64,000 nucleotides of DNA from Methylococcaceae bacterium (GTDB lineage: Bacteria > Pseudomonadota > Gammaproteobacteria > Methylococcales > Methylococcaceae), in contig DATIXD010000089.1 in the NCBI GenBank assembly GCA_035518875.1, forward strand, positions 726 to 64,725, in the 5' to 3' direction. Every line of letters starts with the position of its first letter. Within the stretch, counting starts at the first letter, position 1. The notes below the pieces were generated by a model, which did no database searches, was not told where the DNA came from, and saw only the letters and a list, made by a program, of their open reading frames with translations. Position numbers and translations under genes: made by a program. This document shows, piece by piece, positions 21,247-30,067 of this stretch.

Positions 21247-22003
21247 AGTCGATGATAAGCGGGGCGTGGTCGGAAAAACGTTCGTCTTTGTAGATGGCGA
21301 CTGCGCGAATTTTGCCGCGCAAACTGGGACTGACAACTTGGTAGTCAATACGCCAACCGACGTTTTTAGCCCAAGCCTGACCTCGATTCGACCACCAGGT
21401 ATATTGCTCAGGTTCCTGGTTGACCACACGAAACGCGTCCACCCATTTTTCCCGTTCGAAAAGTTCACCCATCCAAGCCCGCTCTTCCGGAAGAAAGCCG
21501 GAGTTTTTCTGGTTCGAACGCCAGTTTTTCAAATCGATGGGTTTATGAGCGATATTCCAGTCGCCGCAAATAATGAAATCCCGTCCCGAAGCCGCAGATT
21601 CGCGCATGATCGGCATGAAACGCCCTAGGAAATCGAATTTGACCGCCTGGCGCTCCTCGCTGGACGAACCGGACGGCACATAAAGTGAAACGACGCTGAG
21701 ATTGCCGAACCGGGCTTCCAGGTAGCGCCCTTCTGCGTCGATGTCGGGCCATCCGAGCCCTTGAATGACCTCGTCCGGCTCCCGGCGCGCATAAAGCGCC
21801 ACGCCACTGTAACCCTTTTTGATGGCGTCCAGATAATAGCATTGGAAGCCTTTCGGCCAAAAAGCGGCATCCTCGAGTTGGCCGATCTGGACTTTGGTTT
21901 CCTGTAAGCAGACGACATCGGCGTATTGTTTGACCAGCCAGCCGAAAAAACCCTTACGCGCGGCCGAACGGACCCCGTTGACGTTAATAGTGATGATACG
22001 CAT
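21230..22003 (-). CDS. xthA: exodeoxyribonuclease III
   Basis: MRIITINVNGVRSAARKG...CLQETK...SDHAPL are the EEP-family ExoIII motifs. The start was trimmed to the ATG at 22003. Confidence 0.92.
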   Translation of the reverse strand: MRIITINVNGVRSAARKGFFGWLVKQYADVVCLQETKVQIGQLEDAAFWPKGFQCYYLDAIKKGYSGVALYARREPDEVIQGLGWPDIDAEGRYLEARFGNLSVVSLYVPSGSSSEERQAVKFDFLGRFMPIMRESAASGRDFIICGDWNIAHKPIDLKNWRSNQKNSGFLPEERAWMGELFEREKWVDAFRVVNQEPEQYTWWSNRGQAWAKNVGWRIDYQVVSPSLRGKIRAVAIYKDERFSDHAPLIIDYDYPF

Positions 22004-22206
22004 CGAGAGTGCGGCGAAAATTAACAAAGCAACCGGATAGCTCGCCTTTCACCAGTCGCGGCCGGTACCTCCATTAGCACGGGTTCCCATTGACCGGAAT
22101 AGAGTTCGTTCGCCGGCGATTGCTCGATCATCATCTTGCGACTAACAGCACGATTGAGTAACATGAAGCGTTTGTTTCAATTGATGTTTGAGGAGAAACG
22201 CCTGTC

Positions 22207-22410
22207 ATGAAGTCGGAAATTCATCCTGAATACAAGACCATCACCGTCAACTGCAGCTGCGGCAATGTTTTCGAAACCAAGTCGACGACCTGCAAAGACT
22301 TGCACGTTGAAGTGTGCGCAGCGTGCCACCCATTTTATACGGGCAAGCAAAGGCTAGTCGACACCGCCGGTCGTGTAGACAAGTTCCGTCGCAAGTACGC
22401 CAGGACCTAA
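22207..22410 (+). CDS. rpmE: 50S ribosomal protein L31 (Zn-ribbon type)
   Basis: [20 protein letters not shown]...[12 protein letters not shown]. Confidence 0.96.
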   Translation: MKSEIHPEYKTITVNCSCGNVFETKSTTCKDLHVEVCAACHPFYTGKQRLVDTAGRVDKFRRKYART

Positions 22411-22500
22411 GGTGCTGCCAACGCATGGCCGCCCGTCGATTCGCCGATCCCTGCCGGCCAAAATGCTCACGGCACGCAATCAAACTTCAAGGAGATTACC

Positions 22501-23814
22501 GTGCCTGAAGATACGATTACGGTCGTCGACAACCGCACCGGCAGCAAGGTGGACTTTCCCATCGTCAAGGGCACGATGGGACAGGCAACCGTCGATATCG
22601 GGGCGCTGAACTCGCAGCTCGGTTATTTGAGTTACGATTCTGGGTTTGTGTCGACCGCCAGCTGCAAGAGCTCGATCACGTTCATCGACGGCGATGCCGG
22701 CATTCTGCTTTACCGCGGTTATCCGATCGAACAGCTGGCCGAGCGCAGCACATTCCTCGAAGTCGCCTACCTGCTCATGTATGGCGAATTGCCAACCAGG
22801 CCCCAACTCGAGGAGTTCAATGCCGAGATTGCGAGTAACGCGATGATTCATGAGGCATTGCGGAATTTCTTCAGCGGTTTCCATTATGATGCCCATCCCA
22901 TGGCGATGATGGTCGGTGTTGTGGGCTCGCTTTCAGCCTTCTACCATAGCGAACTCAATATCAAGCGCAGGGAGCACCGAAGGAAGTCCGCCATGCGGCT
23001 ACTGGCCAAAATGCCCACCATCGCGGCTGCCTGTTACCGGCATTCCGTCGGCATGCCTTTTGTGTATCCCCGCAGTGACTTGGGCTACTGTGAGAACTTT
23101 TTGAACATGATGTTCTCGGTACCCGGACAGACTCAGCATGTGGATCCCATCGCGGCCAAGGTGCTGAACCTGCTGTTTATTCTGCATGCGGATCATGAGC
23201 AAAATGCCAGTACCTCGACGGTTCGTTTGGCCAGCAGCACGGGTGCCAATCCGTACGCCTGCATTGCAGGCGGCATCGCTGCATTGTGGGGTCCCGCGCA
23301 CGGCGGTGCCAACGAGGCCGTGATTAGGATGCTGGCGGAAATCGGTGACGTGAGCCGCATTCCGGAGTATATCGCCCGCGCCAAGGACAAGAACGATCCG
23401 TTCAGGCTGATGGGCTTCGGTCACCGCGTCTACAAGAATTTCGACCCGCGCGCGACCATCATCCGCAAAGCCTGTCATGCGGTTCTGGACAAACTGTCCT
23501 GCAAGGATCCGCTGTTCGATTTGGCGCTGGCCCTGGAGGAAATCGCACTTAAAGATGAGTATTTCATTGAGAGGCGACTGTATCCGAACGTGGATTTCTA
23601 CTCGGGCATCATCTACAAGGCTCTGGGCATTCCCATCAACATGTTCACCGTCATGTTTGCCATCGCGCGCACGGCCGGGTGGGTTGCCCACTGGTTGGAA
23701 ATGAAAGCCGACCCCTCCGAGCGTATCGCAAGACCGCGTCAACTGTATGTGGGACCGTCCCCACGCGAGTATTTACCCATGGAGCAACGCCAAGCGGGCC
23801 CGGCAACCGCATAG
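22501..23814 (+). CDS. gltA: citrate synthase (type II)
   Basis: GTG start with AAGGAG 6 nt upstream. [27 protein letters not shown] and [14 protein letters not shown] are present. Confidence 0.96.
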   Translation: MPEDTITVVDNRTGSKVDFPIVKGTMGQATVDIGALNSQLGYLSYDSGFVSTASCKSSITFIDGDAGILLYRGYPIEQLAERSTFLEVAYLLMYGELPTRPQLEEFNAEIASNAMIHEALRNFFSGFHYDAHPMAMMVGVVGSLSAFYHSELNIKRREHRRKSAMRLLAKMPTIAAACYRHSVGMPFVYPRSDLGYCENFLNMMFSVPGQTQHVDPIAAKVLNLLFILHADHEQNASTSTVRLASSTGANPYACIAGGIAALWGPAHGGANEAVIRMLAEIGDVSRIPEYIARAKDKNDPFRLMGFGHRVYKNFDPRATIIRKACHAVLDKLSCKDPLFDLALALEEIALKDEYFIERRLYPNVDFYSGIIYKALGIPINMFTVMFAIARTAGWVAHWLEMKADPSERIARPRQLYVGPSPREYLPMEQRQAGPATA

Positions 23815-23897
23815 CATGCAGAAGGTCGCACCAGGGGTGTTAAAGAACCGGACACGCCGCCTTATGTAACCCAGATCGGTTCTTGTCATTCAATGTT

Positions 23898-24512
23898 TTA
23901 AGTTTCTACATGAGGGGCTTTCTGGGTTGAGCCGATCAAATCCGCCAACTCCTTCAAGGAGCAGCCTGGCAACCGGCCCCCTTTCCTTTTCAGGCTTCTG
24001 CCTTTCAAATCGGGCGGGAACAAAAGCAACTCCATCGGGGTTCCGTCCACATAAAAGACCAGCATAGGATAACCGCCAGACCGGTCGACACCCAGGGGAA
24101 CCATGTGGGATTTCTCCTCAAACGGAATACGGGCATCCAATAACTTTCTGATCACGTCTTCTGGCGCATCGGGGAATAAATGCAAGGTGACCGGAGTGAA
24201 TTTGCCCGCGCTACCGTCCCAAACACCACCCACCAATAGCGGCGAAAATGCTTCGAGAAACTGCATAGCTTCGGCCGCGAGCTTGCGCAGACGAGCGATG
24301 TGCAACGCCTGGGCAGCAGGCCGATAGAGACTGTGGTAATCGATCAGCGCCGCATCGATGTCCTCGACGCGAGGAAGATTCCGGGTTGACTCCGCGCCCA
24401 CTCGCAAAGCGGCTTTTCGCCTCGCAGCCCAGTGGTTGTGGACACCTTCTTCCACCATGATCCGGGCAGCTTCCTGCGCGATCTGCAGCCTGATTTTTTC
24501 TTTCACACTCAT
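23898..24512 (-). CDS. hypothetical protein (about 204 aa), downstream of mrcA
   Basis: ORF 23898..24761 trimmed to the ATG at 24512 (MSVKEKIRLQIAQEAARIM). The upstream extension would overlap mrcA. I recognise no family with confidence. Confidence 0.5.
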   Translation of the reverse strand: MSVKEKIRLQIAQEAARIMVEEGVHNHWAARRKAALRVGAESTRNLPRVEDIDAALIDYHSLYRPAAQALHIARLRKLAAEAMQFLEAFSPLLVGGVWDGSAGKFTPVTLHLFPDAPEDVIRKLLDARIPFEEKSHMVPLGVDRSGGYPMLVFYVDGTPMELLLFPPDLKGRSLKRKGGRLPGCSLKELADLIGSTQKAPHVET

Positions 24513-24534
24513 GAGGCGAAAACCCGCGCCCCAT

Positions 24535-27018
24535 TCAGAACAGTGATTCGATGGTCTTTCCGCCGGCGCCGCCCGGCTCGCGAGGCGGTGCGGCGGGTGG
24601 GGTCGATTCAGGACTCCTTTCGGACGCGCCATCCGCCGGACTCGGGGGCGCGAAAAAATCCGGTGGAGCGGCGTAATACCGCGGCACGCGATCCGAGGGA
24701 AAGATCTCGAACAAACCACGCGGACTGCCCGGCACCGCCAGCATGCCGGTGGCGGGGTCAATTCTGGCGGTGGTCAAGCCGTCCGGCTGGGGGAAAAGGC
24801 GTTCGGGAATATCCTTAAGTGCCTCCTGCATGAAATTGATCCACATGGGCAATGCTGCGTGACCACCCGTTTCCCCATCTCCTAAAGGCTTGGACGAGTC
24901 GAAGCCCAACCAGGCAATGGCTACCAAACCGGGTACGTAGCCGTTGAACCAAGCGTCACGCTGCTCGTTCGTGGTACCCGTCTTACCAGCCAGATCGCTA
25001 CGACCCAACTGAAGTGCACGAGTCGCCGTACCTTCCCGAACGACATCCTGCAACATGGAATTCATCATGTAATGAACCTGCGGTGAAAGCACGCGTGGCG
25101 CCACGTTTTCCTGCTGTCCGGACGCCCCCGCACAGTCCGGGCAAGCAACTGGCGGCGTCGCCTGAAACAGCGTCTCGCCGTCCTGTATCTGGATACGGTC
25201 GATCAAATAAGGGTCGACGCGGAATCCTCCGTTGGCGAACACCGCATAGGCCTGCGCCATTTTTAGGGGCGTCGCGGTTCCGCTGCCCAAGGCCAGCGAA
25301 AGGGACCGCGGCAAGTCTTCCGTGCCGAAACCGAACTGCCGCGCGGCTTCGATGGCCTTCTTCAGGCCTATCTTGCGCAGGAGGCGAATGGAAACGAGAT
25401 TGCGGGACTTCACCAGAGCCACCCGCAGACGCGTCGGTCCATAAAACTTGCCACTATAGTTCTGCGGACGCCATGCTCCGCCCTCCACGGACGGATCATA
25501 ATAAATTATGGGTGCGTCATTGATGACGCTAGCGGGCGTGAAACCCGCATCTAGCGCCGCGGCGTAGAGGATCGGCTTGAAGCCAGAACCCGGCTGGCGT
25601 TGCGCCTGAGTCACCCGGTTAAATTTGCTGCGGGAATATTCGAACCCGCCCGCCAGGGCGACAATGCCGCCTTTTGCGGGATCGAGTGAAACCAACGCGC
25701 CATCGGCTTCCGGCACCTGAGTGAGCTGCCATGTCCCGTCGCCAGTTTCGCGTAACCGCACGATATCGCCGGTTTTCAGAACCTCCTTGACGCTCCGCGG
25801 AACCGGCCCCTGAGCGTCTTCGGTGAGATATTTTCTCGCCCATTTCACCCCATCCCAGCCGAGCTCCAGTCGATTGGCAGCCCCAAGATAAACGTTCGCG
25901 AAGCGCTCGCTGACGGCGAGCACGATCCCGGCCACAGTGTCGCCAATTTGCGGAAAAGCGGCCAATTGTTCATCCCAATTTTTCTCTTCCCTGAACTTTC
26001 TTAGATCGATACGCCGCTGAGGCCCTCGATAACCGTGCCGCTCGTCATAGTCGTGCAAGGCGAGTCGCAGTGACTTCTCCGCGGCGATCTGTAAGCGACT
26101 GTCGATCGTCGTATAGACCTTGTAGCCGTTAATGTAAGCATTGTCGCCATATTGCTGGTACATCTCGGCACGGACCATTTCGGCGACATGCGGCGCGTTC
26201 AACTCGACCATCGGCGTGTGCAGCTTGGCGGTCACCGGTTCGGCTATGGCGGCCTGGTATTGGTTGTCGTCGATATATTGGAGTTTGAGCATGCGCTTGA
26301 GCACGTAATCCCGTCGCGTCAATGCCCGTTCCGGATTTGTGATGGGATTAAAACTGGAGGGTGCTTTCGGCAGACCCGCAATCATCGCCATTTCAGAGAG
26401 GCTGAGTTCGTCAATATGCTTGCCGAAATAGACCTGCGCTGCCGCATCGATCCCATAGGCATGATGGCCGAAATAAATCTTGTTGAGGTAAAGCTCCAAA
26501 ATCTGCTGCTTGGGCAACTTCGATTCGATCTGGATCGCGAGCAAAATCTCGTTGATTTTACGAAAAAAGGTTTTTTCGCTGCTGAGGAAGAAGTTTCGCG
26601 CCACCTGCATGGTAATGGTGCTTCCACCCTGGCGTTTCTCGCCGGTCCTGAGAAACGTGAAAGCCGCCCGCAATAAGCCCTGATAATCCACTCCTGGGTG
26701 TTCGAAAAAACGATCATCCTCCGCCGCCAAGAACGCGTGGATCGCCTGCCGAGGAACGTCGGCAAAACCGACCGGGCTACGTTTCTTCTCGCCGTATTGC
26801 GCCATCAACTTACCGTCCCTGCTATAAATACTCATAGGAATTTGATAGCGCACGTCGCGAAGCACCTCGATATCCGGCAGTTGGGATTCGAGATAGCGGT
26901 ACAATGCGAATGAGGCGAGCCCTCCCAACGCGGCTCCGGCCAAAAGGCCTAGCAGCATGAAACGGACTAATCGTTGGAAAAAGCGGGGGGAATTGCGTTT
27001 GTTTCGGGATCTAGCCAC
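24535..27018 (-). CDS. mrcA: penicillin-binding protein 1A (bifunctional transglycosylase/transpeptidase)
   Basis: GT51 motifs AAEDDRFFEHPGVD and GGSTITMQ. Transpeptidase motifs SGFKP and KTGTTN. Divergent from pilM, as in Pseudomonas. GTG start. Confidence 0.95.
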   Translation of the reverse strand: MARSRNKRNSPRFFQRLVRFMLLGLLAGAALGGLASFALYRYLESQLPDIEVLRDVRYQIPMSIYSRDGKLMAQYGEKKRSPVGFADVPRQAIHAFLAAEDDRFFEHPGVDYQGLLRAAFTFLRTGEKRQGGSTITMQVARNFFLSSEKTFFRKINEILLAIQIESKLPKQQILELYLNKIYFGHHAYGIDAAAQVYFGKHIDELSLSEMAMIAGLPKAPSSFNPITNPERALTRRDYVLKRMLKLQYIDDNQYQAAIAEPVTAKLHTPMVELNAPHVAEMVRAEMYQQYGDNAYINGYKVYTTIDSRLQIAAEKSLRLALHDYDERHGYRGPQRRIDLRKFREEKNWDEQLAAFPQIGDTVAGIVLAVSERFANVYLGAANRLELGWDGVKWARKYLTEDAQGPVPRSVKEVLKTGDIVRLRETGDGTWQLTQVPEADGALVSLDPAKGGIVALAGGFEYSRSKFNRVTQAQRQPGSGFKPILYAAALDAGFTPASVINDAPIIYYDPSVEGGAWRPQNYSGKFYGPTRLRVALVKSRNLVSIRLLRKIGLKKAIEAARQFGFGTEDLPRSLSLALGSGTATPLKMAQAYAVFANGGFRVDPYLIDRIQIQDGETLFQATPPVACPDCAGASGQQENVAPRVLSPQVHYMMNSMLQDVVREGTATRALQLGRSDLAGKTGTTNEQRDAWFNGYVPGLVAIAWLGFDSSKPLGDGETGGHAALPMWINFMQEALKDIPERLFPQPDGLTTARIDPATGMLAVPGSPRGLFEIFPSDRVPRYYAAPPDFFAPPSPADGASERSPESTPPAAPPREPGGAGGKTIESLF

Positions 27019-27217
27019 GCGCTGATCTTTAGGGGTCTTCGACAGAGTGCTAACCGCCTGCCCTCAAGCGCGCCAAGGCTTAACCGCGCGCCTGATTGGC
27101 CATCTTAGGCAAACTAAAAATTGCTACTATACTACAGAACAAGCTTTGGGCGCCGGTTGTTTCGCAATCGAGCTTAACCTAAGTCTTCAGTCGGGGGACG
27201 AGCAAAGGAACTCGGGC

Positions 27218-28279
27218 ATGTTTTTTTTGAAACGCACTAAACCACTATTACTGGGCATCGACATCAGCACAGCCGCGATTAAGCTGCTGGAGCTGAGCAA
27301 GACGGGCGCGCGCTATCGAGTAGAAAGCTATGCGGTTGCGCCGCTGCCGCAAGATGCCGTGGTGGACAAGACCATCGCCAACGTGGAAACAATTGGTAAC
27401 ATCATCAAGACGGTCGTCAACCAATCGGGAACCAAGTTAAAGCATGTGGCCGTGGCGGTCGCCAGCTCCTCGGTCATTACCAAGGTGATTTCCATGCCAG
27501 CTTCGCTGACGAGCGAAGAATTGGAAGCCCAGATCGAACTGGAGGCCGATCAATACATTCCCTACGCCCTCGACGAAGTCAGCCTGGATTTTGAAGTGCT
27601 TGGTCGGAGTGAGAAAAATTCGGAGATGGAAGATGTTTTGTTGGTCGCATCGCGCCGAGAAAACGTGGAGGACCGGGTCGCAGCGTTGGAATTGGCTGGG
27701 TTAAAAGTGGAAATCGTGGACGTGGAATCCTACGCCCTGGAAAACGCATTCAGCCTCGTCCTTGACCAGCTTCCCGAAGCCAATTCCGGCATGACCGTCG
27801 CTATAGCTGATATCGGAGCGACGATGACCACGCTGAATGTACTGCATAGAAACCGCATCATTTATACTCGGGAACAGGGGTTCGGCGGCAAGCAGCTTAC
27901 CGAGGAAATTCAACGCCGCTACGGCCTCTCCTATGAGGAAGCCGGGCTGGCCAAAAAGCATGGCGGATTGCCCGATAACTACACATCTGAGGTTCTGGAG
28001 CCGTTCAAACAAGCGATGGCCCAGCAAATCGGGCGTTCACTTCAGTTTTTTCTGTCTTCAAGCGCCCACAAGGGAGTCGAAAACCTCGTCCTCGCGGGTG
28101 GCTGTGCGTCGATTTCCGGAATCGAGCGCTTCGTCGAGCAAAACCTCGGCATTCCGACTATCGTCGCCAACCCGTTCATCAATATGTCCGTCTCCAGCCG
28201 CGTAAAGCCGCAGAGTCTGAGTAACGACGCGCCCGCCATGATGACGGCCTGCGGGTTGGCGCTGAGGAGTTTTGACTGA
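27218..28279 (+). CDS. pilM: type IV pilus assembly ATPase-fold protein PilM
   Basis: ORF trimmed to the ATG at 27218 (MFFLKRTKPLLLGIDISTAAIKLLELS). Actin-like fold, first gene of pilMNOPQ. Confidence 0.92.
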   Translation: MFFLKRTKPLLLGIDISTAAIKLLELSKTGARYRVESYAVAPLPQDAVVDKTIANVETIGNIIKTVVNQSGTKLKHVAVAVASSSVITKVISMPASLTSEELEAQIELEADQYIPYALDEVSLDFEVLGRSEKNSEMEDVLLVASRRENVEDRVAALELAGLKVEIVDVESYALENAFSLVLDQLPEANSGMTVAIADIGATMTTLNVLHRNRIIYTREQGFGGKQLTEEIQRRYGLSYEEAGLAKKHGGLPDNYTSEVLEPFKQAMAQQIGRSLQFFLSSSAHKGVENLVLAGGCASISGIERFVEQNLGIPTIVANPFINMSVSSRVKPQSLSNDAPAMMTACGLALRSFD

Positions 28280-28863
28280 TGGCTAAAATCAACCTGCTCC
28301 CCTGGCGCGCCGAGTTACGCAAGCAACAGCAAAGGGATTTCCTCGGCGCCATTTTACTCGCGATACTTTCGACCCTGGCGATCTTGTTTTTCGTGCATAC
28401 CCATATCTCGTCGCTGATTGACTACCAAAATCAGCGCAATCAATTCCTTCAGTCTGAAATCTCGCAGCTCGATCAGAAGATCAAGGAAATTCAAGATCTC
28501 GAAAGCAAGAAGAAACGCTTGCTCGCCAAAATGGAAGTGATCCAACAATTGCAATCGAGTCGCCCGGAAATTGTGCACCTCTTCGACGAACTCGCCCGCA
28601 CCATGCCGGACGGCGTTTACCTAACCGATCTCACTCAAGCTGACAAGAACCTGACCGTCAACGGCATCGCGCAATCTAACGCCAGGGTTTCGGCCTACAT
28701 GCGCAATCTGGAATCTTCACCCTGGTTAAAAGAACCGCTGCTCAACATCATCGAGTCCAAAACGGAGAACAAGGAAGCCAAGAAGGAGCGCGGTAGTAAA
28801 TTCACGCTCCAGGTTAAACAGGCCAGCGACAAGCCCGAAAACAACAAGAAAGGCGCGTCATGA
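28279..28863 (+). CDS. pilN: type IV pilus alignment protein PilN
   Basis: INLLPWR motif, a single TM helix, and a coiled coil. TGATG overlap with pilM. Confidence 0.87.
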   Translation: MAKINLLPWRAELRKQQQRDFLGAILLAILSTLAILFFVHTHISSLIDYQNQRNQFLQSEISQLDQKIKEIQDLESKKKRLLAKMEVIQQLQSSRPEIVHLFDELARTMPDGVYLTDLTQADKNLTVNGIAQSNARVSAYMRNLESSPWLKEPLLNIIESKTENKEAKKERGSKFTLQVKQASDKPENNKKGAS

Positions 28864-29495
28864 ATCTTTCGAACATCAATTGGGATATCGAAAACGCGGG
28901 CACTTGGCCCGTACCCGTCAAGGCGGGAATCATTGTGGTGCTTTGCGCTTTGGTCACCGGTCTGTCGTTTTATTTCGACACCCAGCAGCAACTGGCGGAT
29001 CTAGAAAGTCAGGAAGCCAAGGAGCAGGAGCTGAAAAGTTCGTTCGAACTCAAGCAGAAAAAAGCTGCCAACCTTGAAGAATACAAACAACAACTGGACG
29101 AAATCGAAAAATCGTTCGGCGATCTGCTCAGACAATTGCCGGATAAAACGGAAGTGCCCGATCTGCTGGTGGACGTCTCCCAGACAGGCTTGGCCAGCGG
29201 CCTGGAATTCGAACTGTTCAAGCCGGCTGCGGAAATTCCCAAGGACTTTTATGCCGAATTGCCAATCGACATCCGGGTAATCGGGAATTACATGGAATTT
29301 GGCACGTTTATCAGCGGTCTGGCGTCGCTGCCGCGAATCGTCACGATCCATAACGTCAAAATCACCCCTCGGAAAGACGTGGCCGGCGGCAACAAGAGCA
29401 AGATGCTGGTCATGGAAGCGCTAGTTAAAACCTACCGTTACCTGGAGGACGGCGCTCCCCAGCCGGGTCAGGACAAGAAAAACAGGAGACAGTAA
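28860..29495 (+). CDS. pilO: type IV pilus alignment protein PilO
   Basis: TM helix, coiled coil and ferredoxin-like core. 4-nt overlap with pilN. Confidence 0.85.
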   Translation: MNLSNINWDIENAGTWPVPVKAGIIVVLCALVTGLSFYFDTQQQLADLESQEAKEQELKSSFELKQKKAANLEEYKQQLDEIEKSFGDLLRQLPDKTEVPDLLVDVSQTGLASGLEFELFKPAAEIPKDFYAELPIDIRVIGNYMEFGTFISGLASLPRIVTIHNVKITPRKDVAGGNKSKMLVMEALVKTYRYLEDGAPQPGQDKKNRRQ

Positions 29496-29497
29496 CG

Positions 29498-30067
29498 ATG
29501 CTGATCTGCCGGGAGCATCCAAGACGACGTTCATCGTTTAAATGCTTGACTATTCTGTGCGTTGCGGCGGGATTGTCGGCCTGCGCGGGCGATGATCTTG
29601 CTGATTTGAAAAGCTATGTCGCGGAAGTCAAAGCGCGCCAAAAAAGTGCGGTAGAGCCTTTACCGGAAATCAAGACAGTGGAACCCTTCGTGTTCAACGT
29701 CGAAGACATGCGCGATCCCTTCGTTCCCAGTGAAAAGGCCGAACAACAGGAGGAGGTCAAGGCCGAGAACGGAATCCGGCCCGACACAGCGCGCGCCAAG
29801 GAAGAGCTGGAATCCTACGAGCTCGACACCCTTCGCTTCGTAGGCACGGTCAATCTCAACAATGCTCTTTGGGGTCTGATCAGGGCCAGCGACGGCACGA
29901 TCCACAGAGTGCATGCGGGCAACTACATGGGACGCAATTTCGGCAAAATCATTCGGATCAAGGAAGATCAAATCGAATTACTGGAGATCATACCCGACAG
30001 TCCTGGAGCTTGGCGCGAACGCAAAGCATCCCTGGACTTGGCAGAAGCGAGCGGTGAGAAAAGATGA
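29498..30067 (+). CDS. pilP: type IV pilus lipoprotein PilP
   Basis: Lipobox LSAC. A beta-domain of PilP-like length. Position between pilO and pilQ. Confidence 0.8.
   Translation: MLICREHPRRRSSFKCLTILCVAAGLSACAGDDLADLKSYVAEVKARQKSAVEPLPEIKTVEPFVFNVEDMRDPFVPSEKAEQQEEVKAENGIRPDTARAKEELESYELDTLRFVGTVNLNNALWGLIRASDGTIHRVHAGNYMGRNFGKIIRIKEDQIELLEIIPDSPGAWRERKASLDLAEASGEKR

Noticed and set aside
21247-21468. N-terminal extensions offered by the ORF track. Examples are ampG to 21468, pilM from 27047, aroB from 32780, kdsB to 5092, amzA to 60936, MBL to 58805, the 23898 gene to 24761, and mscL to 495.
   Set aside because: The extensions overlap neighbouring genes or lack family similarity. Internal ATGs coincide with the canonical family N-termini, often with an SD or a start/stop overlap.
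23830-23885. Inverted repeat AAGAACCG...CGGTTCTT between convergent gltA and the 23898 gene, considered as a bidirectional terminator.
   Set aside because: The loop is about 27 nt and there is no U-tract on either side. That is too weak to annotate.
27105-27133. Possible pilM promoter: TTAGGC, 17-nt spacer, TATACT.
   Set aside because: The -35 matches the consensus at only 2 of 6 positions. I do not consider it supportable without transcription-start data.
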